Assembly (NCBI GenBank): GCA_035531615.1
Contig: DATKSQ010000092.1
Location: 4,220 to 68,219 of the forward strand
Length of the DNA stretch: 64,000 nt
Origin: Candidatus Binataceae bacterium
GTDB taxonomy: Bacteria > Desulfobacterota > Binatia > Binatales > Binataceae
Direction: 5' to 3'
In this document: piece after piece, positions 27,690 to 37,709 of the stretch
How the letters are laid out: the number at the start of each line of letters is the position of its first letter
Position numbering within the stretch: position 1 is the stretch's first letter
The notes under the pieces: model-generated
Told to the model about the DNA's origin: nothing
The model's input: only the letters and a program-made list of their open reading frames with translations
The model's database searches: none
Position numbers and translations under genes: made by a program

Positions 27690-28751
27690 TCATCCGCCGG
27701 GACTGGGCGGAGGCGGCTCGGATTCGGAGCGCTCGGCGGCGTCGAGCGGAGGCGGCGATTGCACCGCCATCAGCGGGGCCGGAAAGGGCGCGCGCTCGAA
27801 GGCGGCGATCTGCGCACGCGCGCGGCTAACAAAATCCCAGGCGAGGGTAGCGGCGCATAGCAGGATGAAAGTGAGCATGCCGGCGACCGTCGCATTGCGC
27901 CGCGCCATAGGCGCGAAATAGTTGTCGGGCACGACCGGAGGCTCGATCACCTTGAATGCGAAGTCGGCCTGCACCTGCGCGATCTTCTCGCGCTGAATCT
28001 GGCGCGCCATCAATTCATAGAGCTGATTCTGCAACAGCGCGTCCGAAGTATCGCGAATTTCATCTTGCAGCGAGACGACCGCGGCGGCCGCGGCCTGCAC
28101 TTCCTCGCTGCGGACCTTGTCGCGCAGGCTGGCGAGGTAATCTTCGAGGGCCGACTTGGCCAGGGCGGGACTCGGATCGACAAAATACAGCGTGAGATTT
28201 CCGCTGCGATAATCGTAGTCGGTCTTGAAGCGGCCGGTTATCGCCTGGTACATCTGCCACGGCGACAGATTCGGAACATGGCCGGCGGCGGTCTTCACGA
28301 TTTTGCGATCCAGGTGATAGCAGTTGATCAGATCGGTCGTGAACGCATAGCTGGACATGATCGCGATATAGCGCTCCGAGATAGAGACGTTGTCGCTCTC
28401 ACCGCTTAGGTTGAACATCTCGGCCAATCCGCTGGCTCCGCCGGCTCCGGGCGTGGCGCCTTCGCCGACCGAGCTGGCCAGGGTGGCGTCGGGCGAGACC
28501 GGCGTGATGAGCGCCTGCGCGCGGTACCATTTCACGGAGTAATACTTGTCGCGGATCGCGACGTATCCGGCGACGGCGACGGTGATGAGGATTATCGGGA
28601 TCGCGCGCCTTAGGAGCAGCCGCGCGACGCGCATGAGCTCGAAGATCGCGAACTGTCCTTCGGAGAGCTGCACCGGCTCGGCGGCTGCGTTGCGTCCGTT
28701 GACGGCGGCGGGAACAGCACCGCGATGGCCATTTAGGGGCGCGGGGATCAT
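27690..28751 (-). CDS. Wzz/GNVR-type polysaccharide copolymerase (no kinase domain)
   Basis: Two TMs flanking a periplasmic coiled region; FKVIEPPVVP; no Walker A motif. Confidence 0.75.
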   Translation of the reverse strand: MIPAPLNGHRGAVPAAVNGRNAAAEPVQLSEGQFAIFELMRVARLLLRRAIPIILITVAVAGYVAIRDKYYSVKWYRAQALITPVSPDATLASSVGEGATPGAGGASGLAEMFNLSGESDNVSISERYIAIMSSYAFTTDLINCYHLDRKIVKTAAGHVPNLSPWQMYQAITGRFKTDYDYRSGNLTLYFVDPSPALAKSALEDYLASLRDKVRSEEVQAAAAAVVSLQDEIRDTSDALLQNQLYELMARQIQREKIAQVQADFAFKVIEPPVVPDNYFAPMARRNATVAGMLTFILLCAATLAWDFVSRARAQIAAFERAPFPAPLMAVQSPPPLDAAERSESEPPPPSPGG

Positions 28752-28776
28752 CGCGGAACCGGGCGGTAGCGCGGGT

Positions 28777-30447
28777 TCACTTCCATTGAAGGCTGTTCCA
28801 CGCGGGGGTGAGCGCGAAGGTCAACTGCAGCATCGTGCGCACGGAGCTATGGTTCGAGTAGTTGATATTTTCGACGTATTCGGCGGCGGCGCGGGCCTGG
28901 ACCTCGCCCAGCGAATCGCCGAGCGGCGCGATCTCGAACGGCAGATGGAAGATGTCAAAGGCGCCGCCAAATCCGCTCTCGTTGTATATCCCAAACGTGA
29001 TCGGAACGAACGACGCGTCCGAGCGCCGTTCGAAAAAGAATTCCGCGGTCAGCTTGTTCTCGTCATCGAACCAGCGCCCGAGCTTGGCGTTGACGTGCCA
29101 TCCGCCGGGCCCGAGCGCGTCGCCCATCAGCGCGTTCTGATAGGTCCAGTAAAGGCTGTCGCTGTGGGTCGAGTAGTTGCTGTCGAGCAAGGTGTACTCG
29201 GCTCCCACGTCGGTCAGGCCGTCGGCGGTCAATTGCGGTGCGTAAACTCCAAAAGTGTAGGAGGGCGACTTGAAGGGCATCTTGAGGAAGGTGTTATGGC
29301 CGAGCGGCGCATAGAAATCTTCGCTGAGAATCTCGGAATAGACCTGGGTATTGCGCAGTTGCGGGATGTAGAACTTGCCGTACATCCCGAAGCGCGAGTT
29401 GGTATTGGCTACCGCCGAACTTCCGGTCGCGAATCCGGTCGTCCGGCCTAAAAATCCCAGCGCGCTGTAATTGGCGTTGCCGGAACCGCCGAACATGATC
29501 GCGTGATTCATTCCCCACTCGAACCACGGCAGCGGCTTGAAGCTGATCACCTGCGCGCTGATCCAGGGGCGCGCGTACACCCGCTCGGCGTCGAGCTGGC
29601 CGAACACCACCTGATAACGCATCAGGCCAAGGTAGCGGAAAATCCACGGCAGATGGCGCGGATGGATATTTTGCACACGCAGCGCCGGAAACGGCTTGGC
29701 GTTGGCGCTCTGCGCGAGCTGGCTCGACCATCCGAGTCCCCAGGTCATCTCCTCCTGACCGAACGAAATCGCGGTATTGCCCAGCGACACGACCGCCGCG
29801 CCGGTCAGCAACTGCGCCCGTCCGACGGTGTTGGGGTTCTTCGACAACGGACCCGCGATCGCGCCCTCGCCGTAGCCGGTGATGAATCCGCCCAGTCCCG
29901 CCCATCCGGCCCAGCGCGCAACCTCGTTGCTGCCTGGTGCGGTATCAAGATTGTCGTTGTAGGGCAGCAGCGGAGTGCCCTCGCGGAAATTCAGCCCGGA
30001 ACCGGTGCCGCTCGTGAACTGGCGCCGATCGCCACTCGAGTACACGTACTGCGCTTCGAGCCGCTCGACCGGATGCACCATCGTGGGGAGTTTGTCCTCC
30101 TGGCCCTTTTCGAGCCATGAGACTTCCTCGCGCAATTGCGCGCGCAGGACGTGGACCAGGCGATGCGCGAGCGGATTTCCGGAGCGCTCGTCGAGATTGG
30201 ATTCGGCCTCGATCGTCAGCCGCGCCGCCTCCACGCGCGAGATGGGCTTGATGTACGAGATATAGCTGTCGAGCAGGCCGAGACCGTTGAGCGTGTCGAG
30301 CTCGCGATAGATCGAGCTATCCAGCGGGATATAAACCGCGTAGGTCGAGGCCCGCGCCAGCGGTGGCCGCAGCCCTACAACACCAGCGGCGAGCGCCACG
30401 ATCGCCAGGGCGGCAAGGGCGGCGTGATGTTTGCGCCGGGTGGTCAC
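28777..30447 (-). CDS. Capsule assembly Wzi-family outer-membrane protein
   Basis: Signal peptide; GQEEMTWG, NAKPFPAL, ISFKPLPWFE.G, YWTYQ..LMG..LGP. Confidence 0.82.
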   Translation of the reverse strand: MTTRRKHHAALAALAIVALAAGVVGLRPPLARASTYAVYIPLDSSIYRELDTLNGLGLLDSYISYIKPISRVEAARLTIEAESNLDERSGNPLAHRLVHVLRAQLREEVSWLEKGQEDKLPTMVHPVERLEAQYVYSSGDRRQFTSGTGSGLNFREGTPLLPYNDNLDTAPGSNEVARWAGWAGLGGFITGYGEGAIAGPLSKNPNTVGRAQLLTGAAVVSLGNTAISFGQEEMTWGLGWSSQLAQSANAKPFPALRVQNIHPRHLPWIFRYLGLMRYQVVFGQLDAERVYARPWISAQVISFKPLPWFEWGMNHAIMFGGSGNANYSALGFLGRTTGFATGSSAVANTNSRFGMYGKFYIPQLRNTQVYSEILSEDFYAPLGHNTFLKMPFKSPSYTFGVYAPQLTADGLTDVGAEYTLLDSNYSTHSDSLYWTYQNALMGDALGPGGWHVNAKLGRWFDDENKLTAEFFFERRSDASFVPITFGIYNESGFGGAFDIFHLPFEIAPLGDSLGEVQARAAAEYVENINYSNHSSVRTMLQLTFALTPAWNSLQWK

Positions 30448-31217
30448 TTTGCGCTCGAGCCTTGCCCCGGCGCGGGCGCCACGAGCGGGTTGCGCTCGCG
30501 CTCGAGCTCGGCGGCGCGGGCGATCCGAATCGCGCCCAGCCGGGCCAGCGCATTATCGTGGGATTGCGAATCAGCGGGCCGCCTCACGCGTGGCGCGCGA
30601 TTTCCGTGAAGTTGGGATTGACCGCCAGCAGCCGGGAGCCTTTGGTTCAACGCGCTGGCACGCAGCTTTTGCGCGAGCTGGCCGCGATCATCGCCGAGCA
30701 GGTATGCGATCAGGACGCGGCGCACGTAGAGCTGGGTCTCGGCGTAGGGAGGAATTCCGCGATATTTGTCGACCGCGCCTTCGCCGGCATTGTACGCCGC
30801 CAGCATCTCAGGCAGCGTCAGCGCACCCGCCGCCGGCCCGCCGCCGGATTGCGGATGATAGCCGCGCAGGAAGGCTATAAAGCGCGCGGCGCCGAGCACG
30901 TTCGCGATCGGATCGAATGGGTCGGCGATTCCAAAGCGCTGCGCGGTGGCCGGCATCAACTGCATCATGCCCTCGGCGCCTTTGGGCGAAATCGCCTGCG
31001 GATTGCCGCCCGACTCGACGTGGGCGATGGCGGCCAGCAGCCCGGGGTCGAGACCGTACATCCGCGCCACCACGCGGATTAGGCGGTCGGACTCGGGACG
31101 CGAGATTTGCGCGCGGACGCCGGCCCCAGCGCCGATCGAACCGGCGCGCGCGGGCGCAGCGGCCAAAACCGCCGCCGTCACAATCGCGGTCAGCACAATT
31201 GCGCCCCGGTGCCGCAC
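30444..31217 (-). CDS. Lytic transglycosylase (SLT domain)
   Basis: AIAHVESG, GMMQLMPATA, AAYNAGEG, ETQLYV; signal peptide; GGAGGAG RBS. Confidence 0.93.
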   Translation of the reverse strand: MRHRGAIVLTAIVTAAVLAAAPARAGSIGAGAGVRAQISRPESDRLIRVVARMYGLDPGLLAAIAHVESGGNPQAISPKGAEGMMQLMPATAQRFGIADPFDPIANVLGAARFIAFLRGYHPQSGGGPAAGALTLPEMLAAYNAGEGAVDKYRGIPPYAETQLYVRRVLIAYLLGDDRGQLAQKLRASALNQRLPAAGGQSQLHGNRAPRVRRPADSQSHDNALARLGAIRIARAAELERERNPLVAPAPGQGSSAK

Positions 31218-31302
31218 GCACTCCTCCCTGGATCGTTGCGCTCAGATCGCGCTCGAAATTTAGAGCCTGAAGCATCCGCTCCAGACCGTGCAAGCAAACC
31301 TG

Positions 31303-34233
31303 CTAAAGCGTCGCCCCCATAATTCCGACGATGGCGAGGCCGGTGAGAGAGTTCGCGATGATGCCGGTTATCGTGGCCGCATATTGCAGCTTGCTCGTGT
31401 AGATGAGCTGCTCAGGAACGTAAATCGTGTCTCCCGGCTCAACCTTCGAGGTCATCAGGCCGCCCGAGATCACCGGCAGCAGCGGGAACATCGTCGAGCG
31501 CGCGCTTTGCTTGATACCCTCGTCGGTCCAGACCGAACCGTCGGCCTTGATGACCATCATATGGCTCGGGTCGGCGCCTTCGGTGGGTCCGCCCGCCATG
31601 TTCAGGCAGTCGCGCACCGAAAGACCGGGGCGCCAGACCACGGCGTTGGGGCTGTAAACCTCGCCCAAGACATTCACGTCGGAGGGCCTGCGCGGAATCG
31701 TCAGCACGTCCTGATCGATCATCACGATGTTGTCGGGCGAGCTGGCGAGTTCGTCGAGCGGGCGCAAATGGATCACGAGACGGCCCTGCGCCTGCTGTCC
31801 TTCGGATTCCGACAGCACCTGCTGGAGCATCGTAAGGCCCGCGGATTGGTCGCTGGGCTGGCTGGTGGGGGAAGCCGACGCGGCAACCGAGGCCACGCTC
31901 GGAGTAAGTTGAGCGCGCGCGATCGCCTCACGCAGGCGGCCACGCGCCTGATCAAGACGGGCCTGCTGCAACTGCTTGACCGACTGGCGAATTAGAATCG
32001 CGGCGGGGAGATACGCGTCCGGCATCAGGCCGCCCGCGCGCTCGAGCACCGAAGCGACTCGTTCGCCCTCGTGGACGGTATATGGGCCCGGGCGCGCGAT
32101 CCGGCCGCGGACGTAAACCACCCAGGGCATATGCCAATCGGTGGCCTTGCGCACGAAGAGTTGGTCGTTGGCTTCGAGCACCGGGTTATGTTCGTCCGTG
32201 CCGCTGAGCGCCGAGCGCAGATCCACGTCGATAAACGAATGGCTGGTATGGGCGCCGTTGATGACCTGGGTGCGCGCCAACTCGGCCCGCTTGCGATAGG
32301 CGTCGTCCTTGAGGCCGCCGGCCAGATAGAGCAGGTCGCTCACGTGCATCCCTTGGCTCAGCATGTAGTAGCCGGGGTTGCGCACCTCGCCCATCACCTC
32401 GACGGTCGGCAGATATTTCATCTGCGATTCGCTATAAACAGTAAGATCGTCTTCCTGCTGGAGCGCGATATCGTTCGTCCCCGCGGCAGGACCCGTGATC
32501 GCGCCGCCCAGATCGACCGGGACCAGGCGGACCGTCCGCGTCTTGCCTTCCTTGCGGCGAACCAGCGCGTACTTGAAAAAAGTGTGCGGCGCGACTCCCT
32601 CGGCGGAGGCGATCAGGTCGGAGACCCGCATCCCCGCGTGCCATTCGTATTTGCCGGGACGGTTGACGTTGCCGCGCACGACCACGATGCCATGCTCGGC
32701 GGGCAGCACCGGGTAGACCTTGATCAGATCGCCGTCGTGAACCTCGAAGCGGGCGGACCGGATCGCGCCCAGGTCGACGTCGAGCGCGATCCGCTGCGCG
32801 TGATTCTCGACCCGTTCGAGTTGCACGCGCTGCGAATAGCCGAACGCGCTGATTCCGCCCGCCAGCTTGAGCAGATTTTCGATCGAATCGGATTGCCCCG
32901 GCAACTCGTAGATCGCGGGGCGCTTGACATCACCCGCAACCCCGGCGACCGGACCGATCACGGGCACGAAGATCACGTCGCCGGGCTGAAGCTGGTCATC
33001 GTACGGGATGCGCCCGTTAAGCAGCAGCCCGTAAAGATCGATGACGGTGGCGAGCTGATTGCCGCGCCGCAGCTCGATTCTGCGCAGGCTGCCGATCTTG
33101 GTGATCCCGCCCGCCGCATCGAGCGCGTTGGCCACATGCGATAATGCGCTGACCGAGTATGCACCGGGTTTCGCGACCTCGCCGACCACGAAGACCTGGA
33201 TCGAGCGCAGCCGCCCCATCGTGACATCGACCTTCACGCCGGTGATCTGGCCGGCGCGATCCTCGATGAGTTTTTTGGCCTGGTCGAAGCTCAACCCGGC
33301 GATCTGCAGCGGGCCGATCTGCGGAACCAGGATCGCGCCGTCGCGCCCGACGGTCAGGGTCAGCGTGTTGTTGATGCGCCCCCAGATGAGCACCCGCATC
33401 TCATCGCCGGGCCCCATGATGTAGTTGCTGCCCAGCGGTATGTCGGAACCCTTGGTCCCGCCCATCTGCGCGGAGAACAACGAGTAACCGAATTGCGTCA
33501 GATTGCGGGCGGTAGGAGCCCGCGGCGTCGCGCCGGAATCAAGGCCCCTAAAGGTTTGCTCGATTGAAGAGACCTGGTTGCCGGAGGCGCTGGCGGCGGG
33601 CGGCGGCGCCGCGGATGGAAGCGCAAGCTGGGCGCAGCTCTTGAGCTGCTCGACCTGCGCATCGGTGAAGTCCAGGCCAAGCGCGCTCAGGATTCCCGGC
33701 ACGTCACCCGGACCCAGTTGCTTGGAGGCGAAATGCACGCACAACTCTTGAATATCGTCCGAACTGAGCCCGCCGGTTGACATCCGGCTCTTGAGCGCGC
33801 CGACTTCGTCGGAAGAGATGCCGAGCTTCTGCATCATCTCCGCTACCGATTGCTTGTTGACGGAATTTCCGAAGCCCGGCAGCGCGCTAGGCGACGCGGC
33901 GCCCAGCGGCGCGGAACCCCCGTCGAGCGTTTCCGCACTGGCGCCCGGCGCCGGAGCGCACGGCGGAATTCCCGCCGCGGCTTTCGAGTCGGCATTGGGG
34001 TCGTCGAGCTTGAAGCATCCGCTTGAATCCGATGGCGCCGAACCGAAGCCGGAATTGGATCCGCCGCCGCTCTGGTCAGAGCCTGACAGCGTCGATCCGC
34101 CGTCGAGTCCCGCCGCGCGCGCCACGCGCGGCGCACCCATGAGCATGAGGATGAGCAGCGGCGCGAGGGCAAGAATCAGAGCGCTCGCAAACCGCGGCCG
34201 AAAGGAGGGAATGATGTTAACCGTACGCATCAT
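31303..34233 (-). CDS. Large multi-SLBB polysaccharide export protein (OPX; KpsD/OtnA-like)
   Basis: QFGYSLF, YIMGPGDE, repeated V.GEV..PG.Y SLBB units, PGDTIYVP; signal peptide after ATG 34233/34230. Confidence 0.88.
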   Translation of the reverse strand: MMRTVNIIPSFRPRFASALILALAPLLILMLMGAPRVARAAGLDGGSTLSGSDQSGGGSNSGFGSAPSDSSGCFKLDDPNADSKAAAGIPPCAPAPGASAETLDGGSAPLGAASPSALPGFGNSVNKQSVAEMMQKLGISSDEVGALKSRMSTGGLSSDDIQELCVHFASKQLGPGDVPGILSALGLDFTDAQVEQLKSCAQLALPSAAPPPAASASGNQVSSIEQTFRGLDSGATPRAPTARNLTQFGYSLFSAQMGGTKGSDIPLGSNYIMGPGDEMRVLIWGRINNTLTLTVGRDGAILVPQIGPLQIAGLSFDQAKKLIEDRAGQITGVKVDVTMGRLRSIQVFVVGEVAKPGAYSVSALSHVANALDAAGGITKIGSLRRIELRRGNQLATVIDLYGLLLNGRIPYDDQLQPGDVIFVPVIGPVAGVAGDVKRPAIYELPGQSDSIENLLKLAGGISAFGYSQRVQLERVENHAQRIALDVDLGAIRSARFEVHDGDLIKVYPVLPAEHGIVVVRGNVNRPGKYEWHAGMRVSDLIASAEGVAPHTFFKYALVRRKEGKTRTVRLVPVDLGGAITGPAAGTNDIALQQEDDLTVYSESQMKYLPTVEVMGEVRNPGYYMLSQGMHVSDLLYLAGGLKDDAYRKRAELARTQVINGAHTSHSFIDVDLRSALSGTDEHNPVLEANDQLFVRKATDWHMPWVVYVRGRIARPGPYTVHEGERVASVLERAGGLMPDAYLPAAILIRQSVKQLQQARLDQARGRLREAIARAQLTPSVASVAASASPTSQPSDQSAGLTMLQQVLSESEGQQAQGRLVIHLRPLDELASSPDNIVMIDQDVLTIPRRPSDVNVLGEVYSPNAVVWRPGLSVRDCLNMAGGPTEGADPSHMMVIKADGSVWTDEGIKQSARSTMFPLLPVISGGLMTSKVEPGDTIYVPEQLIYTSKLQYAATITGIIANSLTGLAIVGIMGATL

Positions 34234-34320
34234 CGAGAACTCATCGAGATCTCGTGGAGAACTCTTAAGCAGGGCGGATACTCCTCCGCCTGCGCGCGCA
34301 TCGGGAATCAAGTTTGGAGT

Positions 34321-34328
34321 ATCATAGC
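34321..34328 (-). promoter_or_regulatory. Candidate -10 element (GCTATGAT) upstream of the SLBB gene
   Basis: The same octamer occurs at 35795..35802 upstream of the NusG paralog; AT-rich intergenic region. Confidence 0.35.
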
Positions 34329-34645
34329 CAGTATTTTATGAAAAGGGAGCAGCAGAGAAGGTTTAAGATTATCTGATGGGACACTGAATATTCCGTCGCG
34401 GATTTTAGACCGCGAACGCGTCCGCCATCTCTACCAATCTTTGATTGGCGAATTTATGTTTAATTGTCATTCATCAGGCGCAACTTACCAGCGGATGCCC
34501 CGTGAGCAAACGCCCCTTCGCCGTGTTATGCCCGCCTATGAATTCTGCTGTCGCTTATCCGCAATGGTGGATTTAATACGCTATCTTGACGCGGTTCAAG
34601 ACGCCAAATTTGAACCCGCAACAATGCGTCAACTTGGACCGCCGC

Positions 34646-35194
34646 TCACTCGGTTCCGTTGTTCCGCGCCCGCCGGAGCACCGCGTCATGACGCAGCGGC
34701 GAACCGGCGGGACCCAGCATCTCGACCTGCTGATCGGGGCCGTTGAACGTCACCCGCTCGTTGTGCGGCAGCTCCCAGCTTGCCATCAGCGTATCGGGAT
34801 CCGAGGCAGCGCCGCCTCCCGAACGCAGGGCGGCAGGCTCGCCGAGCGCGCGCTTGAGCTGGCCGAGCACCGTGGCGGCCGCTCCAGGAGCGAATTGCGC
34901 GATCGCCATCTGCATCCCGAGGTTGCTGGTGAACTCGAAGACCACGGATCTGTAGATCACCCCGCCCGACTCGACATTGCTGACCCGCCACGCATCGGCG
35001 CCGTATGGACTGGTTTCGAAATCGCCGTCGGGCAGTTCCTCACGCACCCGGTCGAGCGACGCGCCGAAGCGCACGCCCAGAAATGAAGTCAGGTTGGGCT
35101 TGCCGAAGCCGAACCAAGTCGCCAAATCGTAGGGTGAGTTCGCGCCGGCGCATCCGGCGAGCGTGGCCGCCGCCAGCGCGATGATCGCGGCCAT
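34646..35194 (-). CDS. Hypothetical lipoprotein
   Basis: Lipobox LAGC after a hydrophobic stretch. Confidence 0.7.
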   Translation of the reverse strand: MAAIIALAAATLAGCAGANSPYDLATWFGFGKPNLTSFLGVRFGASLDRVREELPDGDFETSPYGADAWRVSNVESGGVIYRSVVFEFTSNLGMQMAIAQFAPGAAATVLGQLKRALGEPAALRSGGGAASDPDTLMASWELPHNERVTFNGPDQQVEMLGPAGSPLRHDAVLRRARNNGTE

Positions 35195-35219
35195 CGCAAT
35201 CGCCGCGGCCCGTCTCGGC

Positions 35220-35729
35220 TCAGGTGGATTTGGCAACGGCTGCCGCCGGCAGAAGCACGCGCAGCGCGGTGGATTCGACCGCATTGAGCAGAATCGCGAC
35301 CCGCTCCGCCCCGGACAGGTAGTGGTCGAAAATGGCCTCGAAGCCGCGAAACGGCCCATCGACGACCGTCACGTGCTGGCCGGGGTTGAGCGGAGATTCG
35401 GGAATCTCGATTATATCGCCGATCCCGCGGCGGCGGATTTCCGTGACGATCGACTCTGCCACCACCAGCGGATCGCTGCCGGCGGATACGATCCCGCGCA
35501 CCCCGGTCATGTACTTTACGTCGAAGTAGCGCGCTTCGAGATCGAAGCGCGCGAACACGTAGCACGGGAACAGCGGACCCAAGCCGGTAGACATTCTGCC
35601 CCAGCGCGAGACCTTCGCGCGCAGCATCGGCAGGAACACCTCAGGCACCGCTCGGCTCAGTTGATCGCGGACCCAGCGCTCCTTGCCGGTCTTGGTGCGA
35701 ATCAGGTACCAATTGGCAGCGTCCGACAA
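35220..35729 (-). CDS. NusG-paralog antiterminator (RfaH/LoaP/UpxY-like)
   Basis: WYLIRTKTGKE, PLFPCYVF, KOW motif V.DGPFRGFEAIF; TTG start with GGAGGAG RBS. Confidence 0.9.
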   Translation of the reverse strand: MSDAANWYLIRTKTGKERWVRDQLSRAVPEVFLPMLRAKVSRWGRMSTGLGPLFPCYVFARFDLEARYFDVKYMTGVRGIVSAGSDPLVVAESIVTEIRRRGIGDIIEIPESPLNPGQHVTVVDGPFRGFEAIFDHYLSGAERVAILLNAVESTALRVLLPAAAVAKST

Positions 35730-35794
35730 GCGTCTCCTCCGGAGGTCATCTCGGCCCGAAATTCCGCCGCACGGCGATCGCCGAGCACGTGGCG

Positions 35795-35803
35795 ATCATA
35801 GCA
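35795..35803 (-). promoter_or_regulatory. Extended -10 promoter candidate (TG-C-TATGAT)
   Basis: Lies immediately after the terminator U-tract, about 65 nt before the NusG-paralog start. Confidence 0.45.
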
Positions 35804-35845
35804 AAAACAAAGGCGGCTGTGGCAAACGCCACAGCCGCCCTTTTT
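35803..35845 (-). terminator. Intrinsic terminator downstream of the DUF1302-like gene
   Basis: GGCGGCTGTGGC-GTTT-GCCACAGCCGCC stem followed by TTTGTTTTT on the minus strand. Confidence 0.85.
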
Positions 35846-35861
35846 CAGCCCAGGTTAAAGA

Positions 35862-37709
35862 TCAGATTTCGTAAGAGGCCGTGAACTCGAGCAGATTCTC
35901 ACGCACCGATCTGCTGTACAGGAACGGGTCGGTGTAACGCCCCGTGCGGCCCAGGAACCACGTCGAGTTTACTCCGAACAGGACGTTGCGCGAGTAGCGA
36001 TATACGTTGGTGGTCGCCAGCGCGCCGCAGTTGTCGTCGATATCCCACTGGAACACGTTGGTGGTCGTGAGCTGCCCGTTCATCACCCAGTTGGTCGCGG
36101 CCAGGAAGAACCAGTTGTTGTCCTGGCGCACCTTGCCGATGAAGTTGCCGACGTTCGGCGTCGCGTTGTTCGGCAGATCCGGATACCAGGTGTTGACGTA
36201 CTGGAAGGTCAGGAACGTGTGCTGCTTAGAGATCCATGGAATGTACGTCGGACGGTCGCCCGCCAAAATGAAACGCGCGTTCTCAGTGAGCGCCGCCGCA
36301 CTGCCGGGCCCTGCAGCCTGGGTCCCGTTGCCCGCCACGTTGACGCCCACATTCGGCGCATACAGTACGTCGTAGCGATAGACGATATCGGTCAGGTCCT
36401 TGTCATAGTACGTGCCGGTCATTCCAAAGAAATTGTCGCGGCGAAAGTCTTCCGAGAGCAAAATCTTGATGGTGCCAGCCTTCGGCACACCCGGACGCGG
36501 TCGGCCGAACGCGTAGTGGCCATAGTTGATGAATAGGCCCGGACCAATGGAGGTGTATCCGGGACCGGCCTCAGCACCAGTGCATGAGGAGCAAAAACCT
36601 TCCGCGTTATTGCGAGCCTCGTAGAGATAGATGAAGCTGGTCTGGAGGCCGTTGCCGATCGGCAGCAAGCTCGACAGGCGCGCGCCGAATTCGCTGTTCT
36701 GGAGCGAGTTCGAGGGCGTGCTGCCATATGTCGCCACTGATTCGTCGAAGAACAGCCCGCCCGAATAGATCATCGGCGACATGCCGTCACTAGGATACAT
36801 CTGATTGCGGTACGGCTGCCCGTTCTGATTGTAACCGACTCTGCCGGAAGCGGCGGGAACCACCCACGGATTGCGGGCGTCGGCCGTATTAACGATAGTA
36901 CCGTTGCCCTGGTAGTCGCCCGGGATCACGAACGCTTCGAGTTCGTTGTTCGCGGTCTTCAGGAAATCGGGCAGGATATAATTGAGCTTGATCATCTGCA
37001 GGTTCTTGCGCTGGTCTTCGGGAGCTTCCGCGCCGTAGAACCCGTGATACGTCCCATCGACCGAGTTGGTGATTTCGGTGCCTGACAGCGCGTCGGCCTC
37101 CGACCAGATGACTTCCTGCTTGCCGACCCGGGCCGAGAAGTTATCCGTGAAATTCAACTGCGCATAATACTCGTGCAGGTCGTTGCGGACGTACTGTTGC
37201 TGAATCGCTTGCTGGCTGTATGCCGTCCAGTCGCGATTGCTCTCCGCGCGGCCGATCTGCTTGAGCGTTCCCATCGCGTCGTACCACGGCCGATAGAACG
37301 CGAAGAAGTCCGCGTCTTTCAAGAGCAGCGTGTCGAAGCGGCCCAGGAACTTGTAGTTCTTGACGAAGTGGTAATCGGGGCGGATGTCGCCAAGCTGGCG
37401 CATCTCGTCCAAGTCCCAGTGATTGAAGTCGAAGCTGCCGCCCGTTTCGGTGGCCGCCATGCCGGGCTTCGCCAGCGTCACGCCCGGAACAGCGTTGCTG
37501 ACCGTGGTCGGCGTGCCGCTATTTGAGCTCGAGCCTTCACCCCAGCGCCCTTCCTCGCGGGTCTCGAAAAACCCGAACACCGAAAAGTCGCCCTGCGTAA
37601 TCGTCGCCATCGCCGCCGACGACCATAGCGTCGCAAGCGTGGCAACCGCGGCTACGATCAAGCTGCGCCATCGCACTTCTCGACCCTTGTCTCGATTCCC
37701 GTTCAGCAT
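35862..37709 (-). CDS. Outer-membrane beta-barrel protein, DUF1302-like
   Basis: Signal peptide; RNDLHEYYAQL..ARVGKQEVIWSEAD; terminal ASYEI. Confidence 0.7.
   Translation of the reverse strand: MLNGNRDKGREVRWRSLIVAAVATLATLWSSAAMATITQGDFSVFGFFETREEGRWGEGSSSNSGTPTTVSNAVPGVTLAKPGMAATETGGSFDFNHWDLDEMRQLGDIRPDYHFVKNYKFLGRFDTLLLKDADFFAFYRPWYDAMGTLKQIGRAESNRDWTAYSQQAIQQQYVRNDLHEYYAQLNFTDNFSARVGKQEVIWSEADALSGTEITNSVDGTYHGFYGAEAPEDQRKNLQMIKLNYILPDFLKTANNELEAFVIPGDYQGNGTIVNTADARNPWVVPAASGRVGYNQNGQPYRNQMYPSDGMSPMIYSGGLFFDESVATYGSTPSNSLQNSEFGARLSSLLPIGNGLQTSFIYLYEARNNAEGFCSSCTGAEAGPGYTSIGPGLFINYGHYAFGRPRPGVPKAGTIKILLSEDFRRDNFFGMTGTYYDKDLTDIVYRYDVLYAPNVGVNVAGNGTQAAGPGSAAALTENARFILAGDRPTYIPWISKQHTFLTFQYVNTWYPDLPNNATPNVGNFIGKVRQDNNWFFLAATNWVMNGQLTTTNVFQWDIDDNCGALATTNVYRYSRNVLFGVNSTWFLGRTGRYTDPFLYSRSVRENLLEFTASYEI

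Noticed and set aside
28762-28769. RfaH ops element GGCGGTAG
   Set aside because: It is on the plus strand, the wrong strand for the minus-strand operon, and mid-operon.
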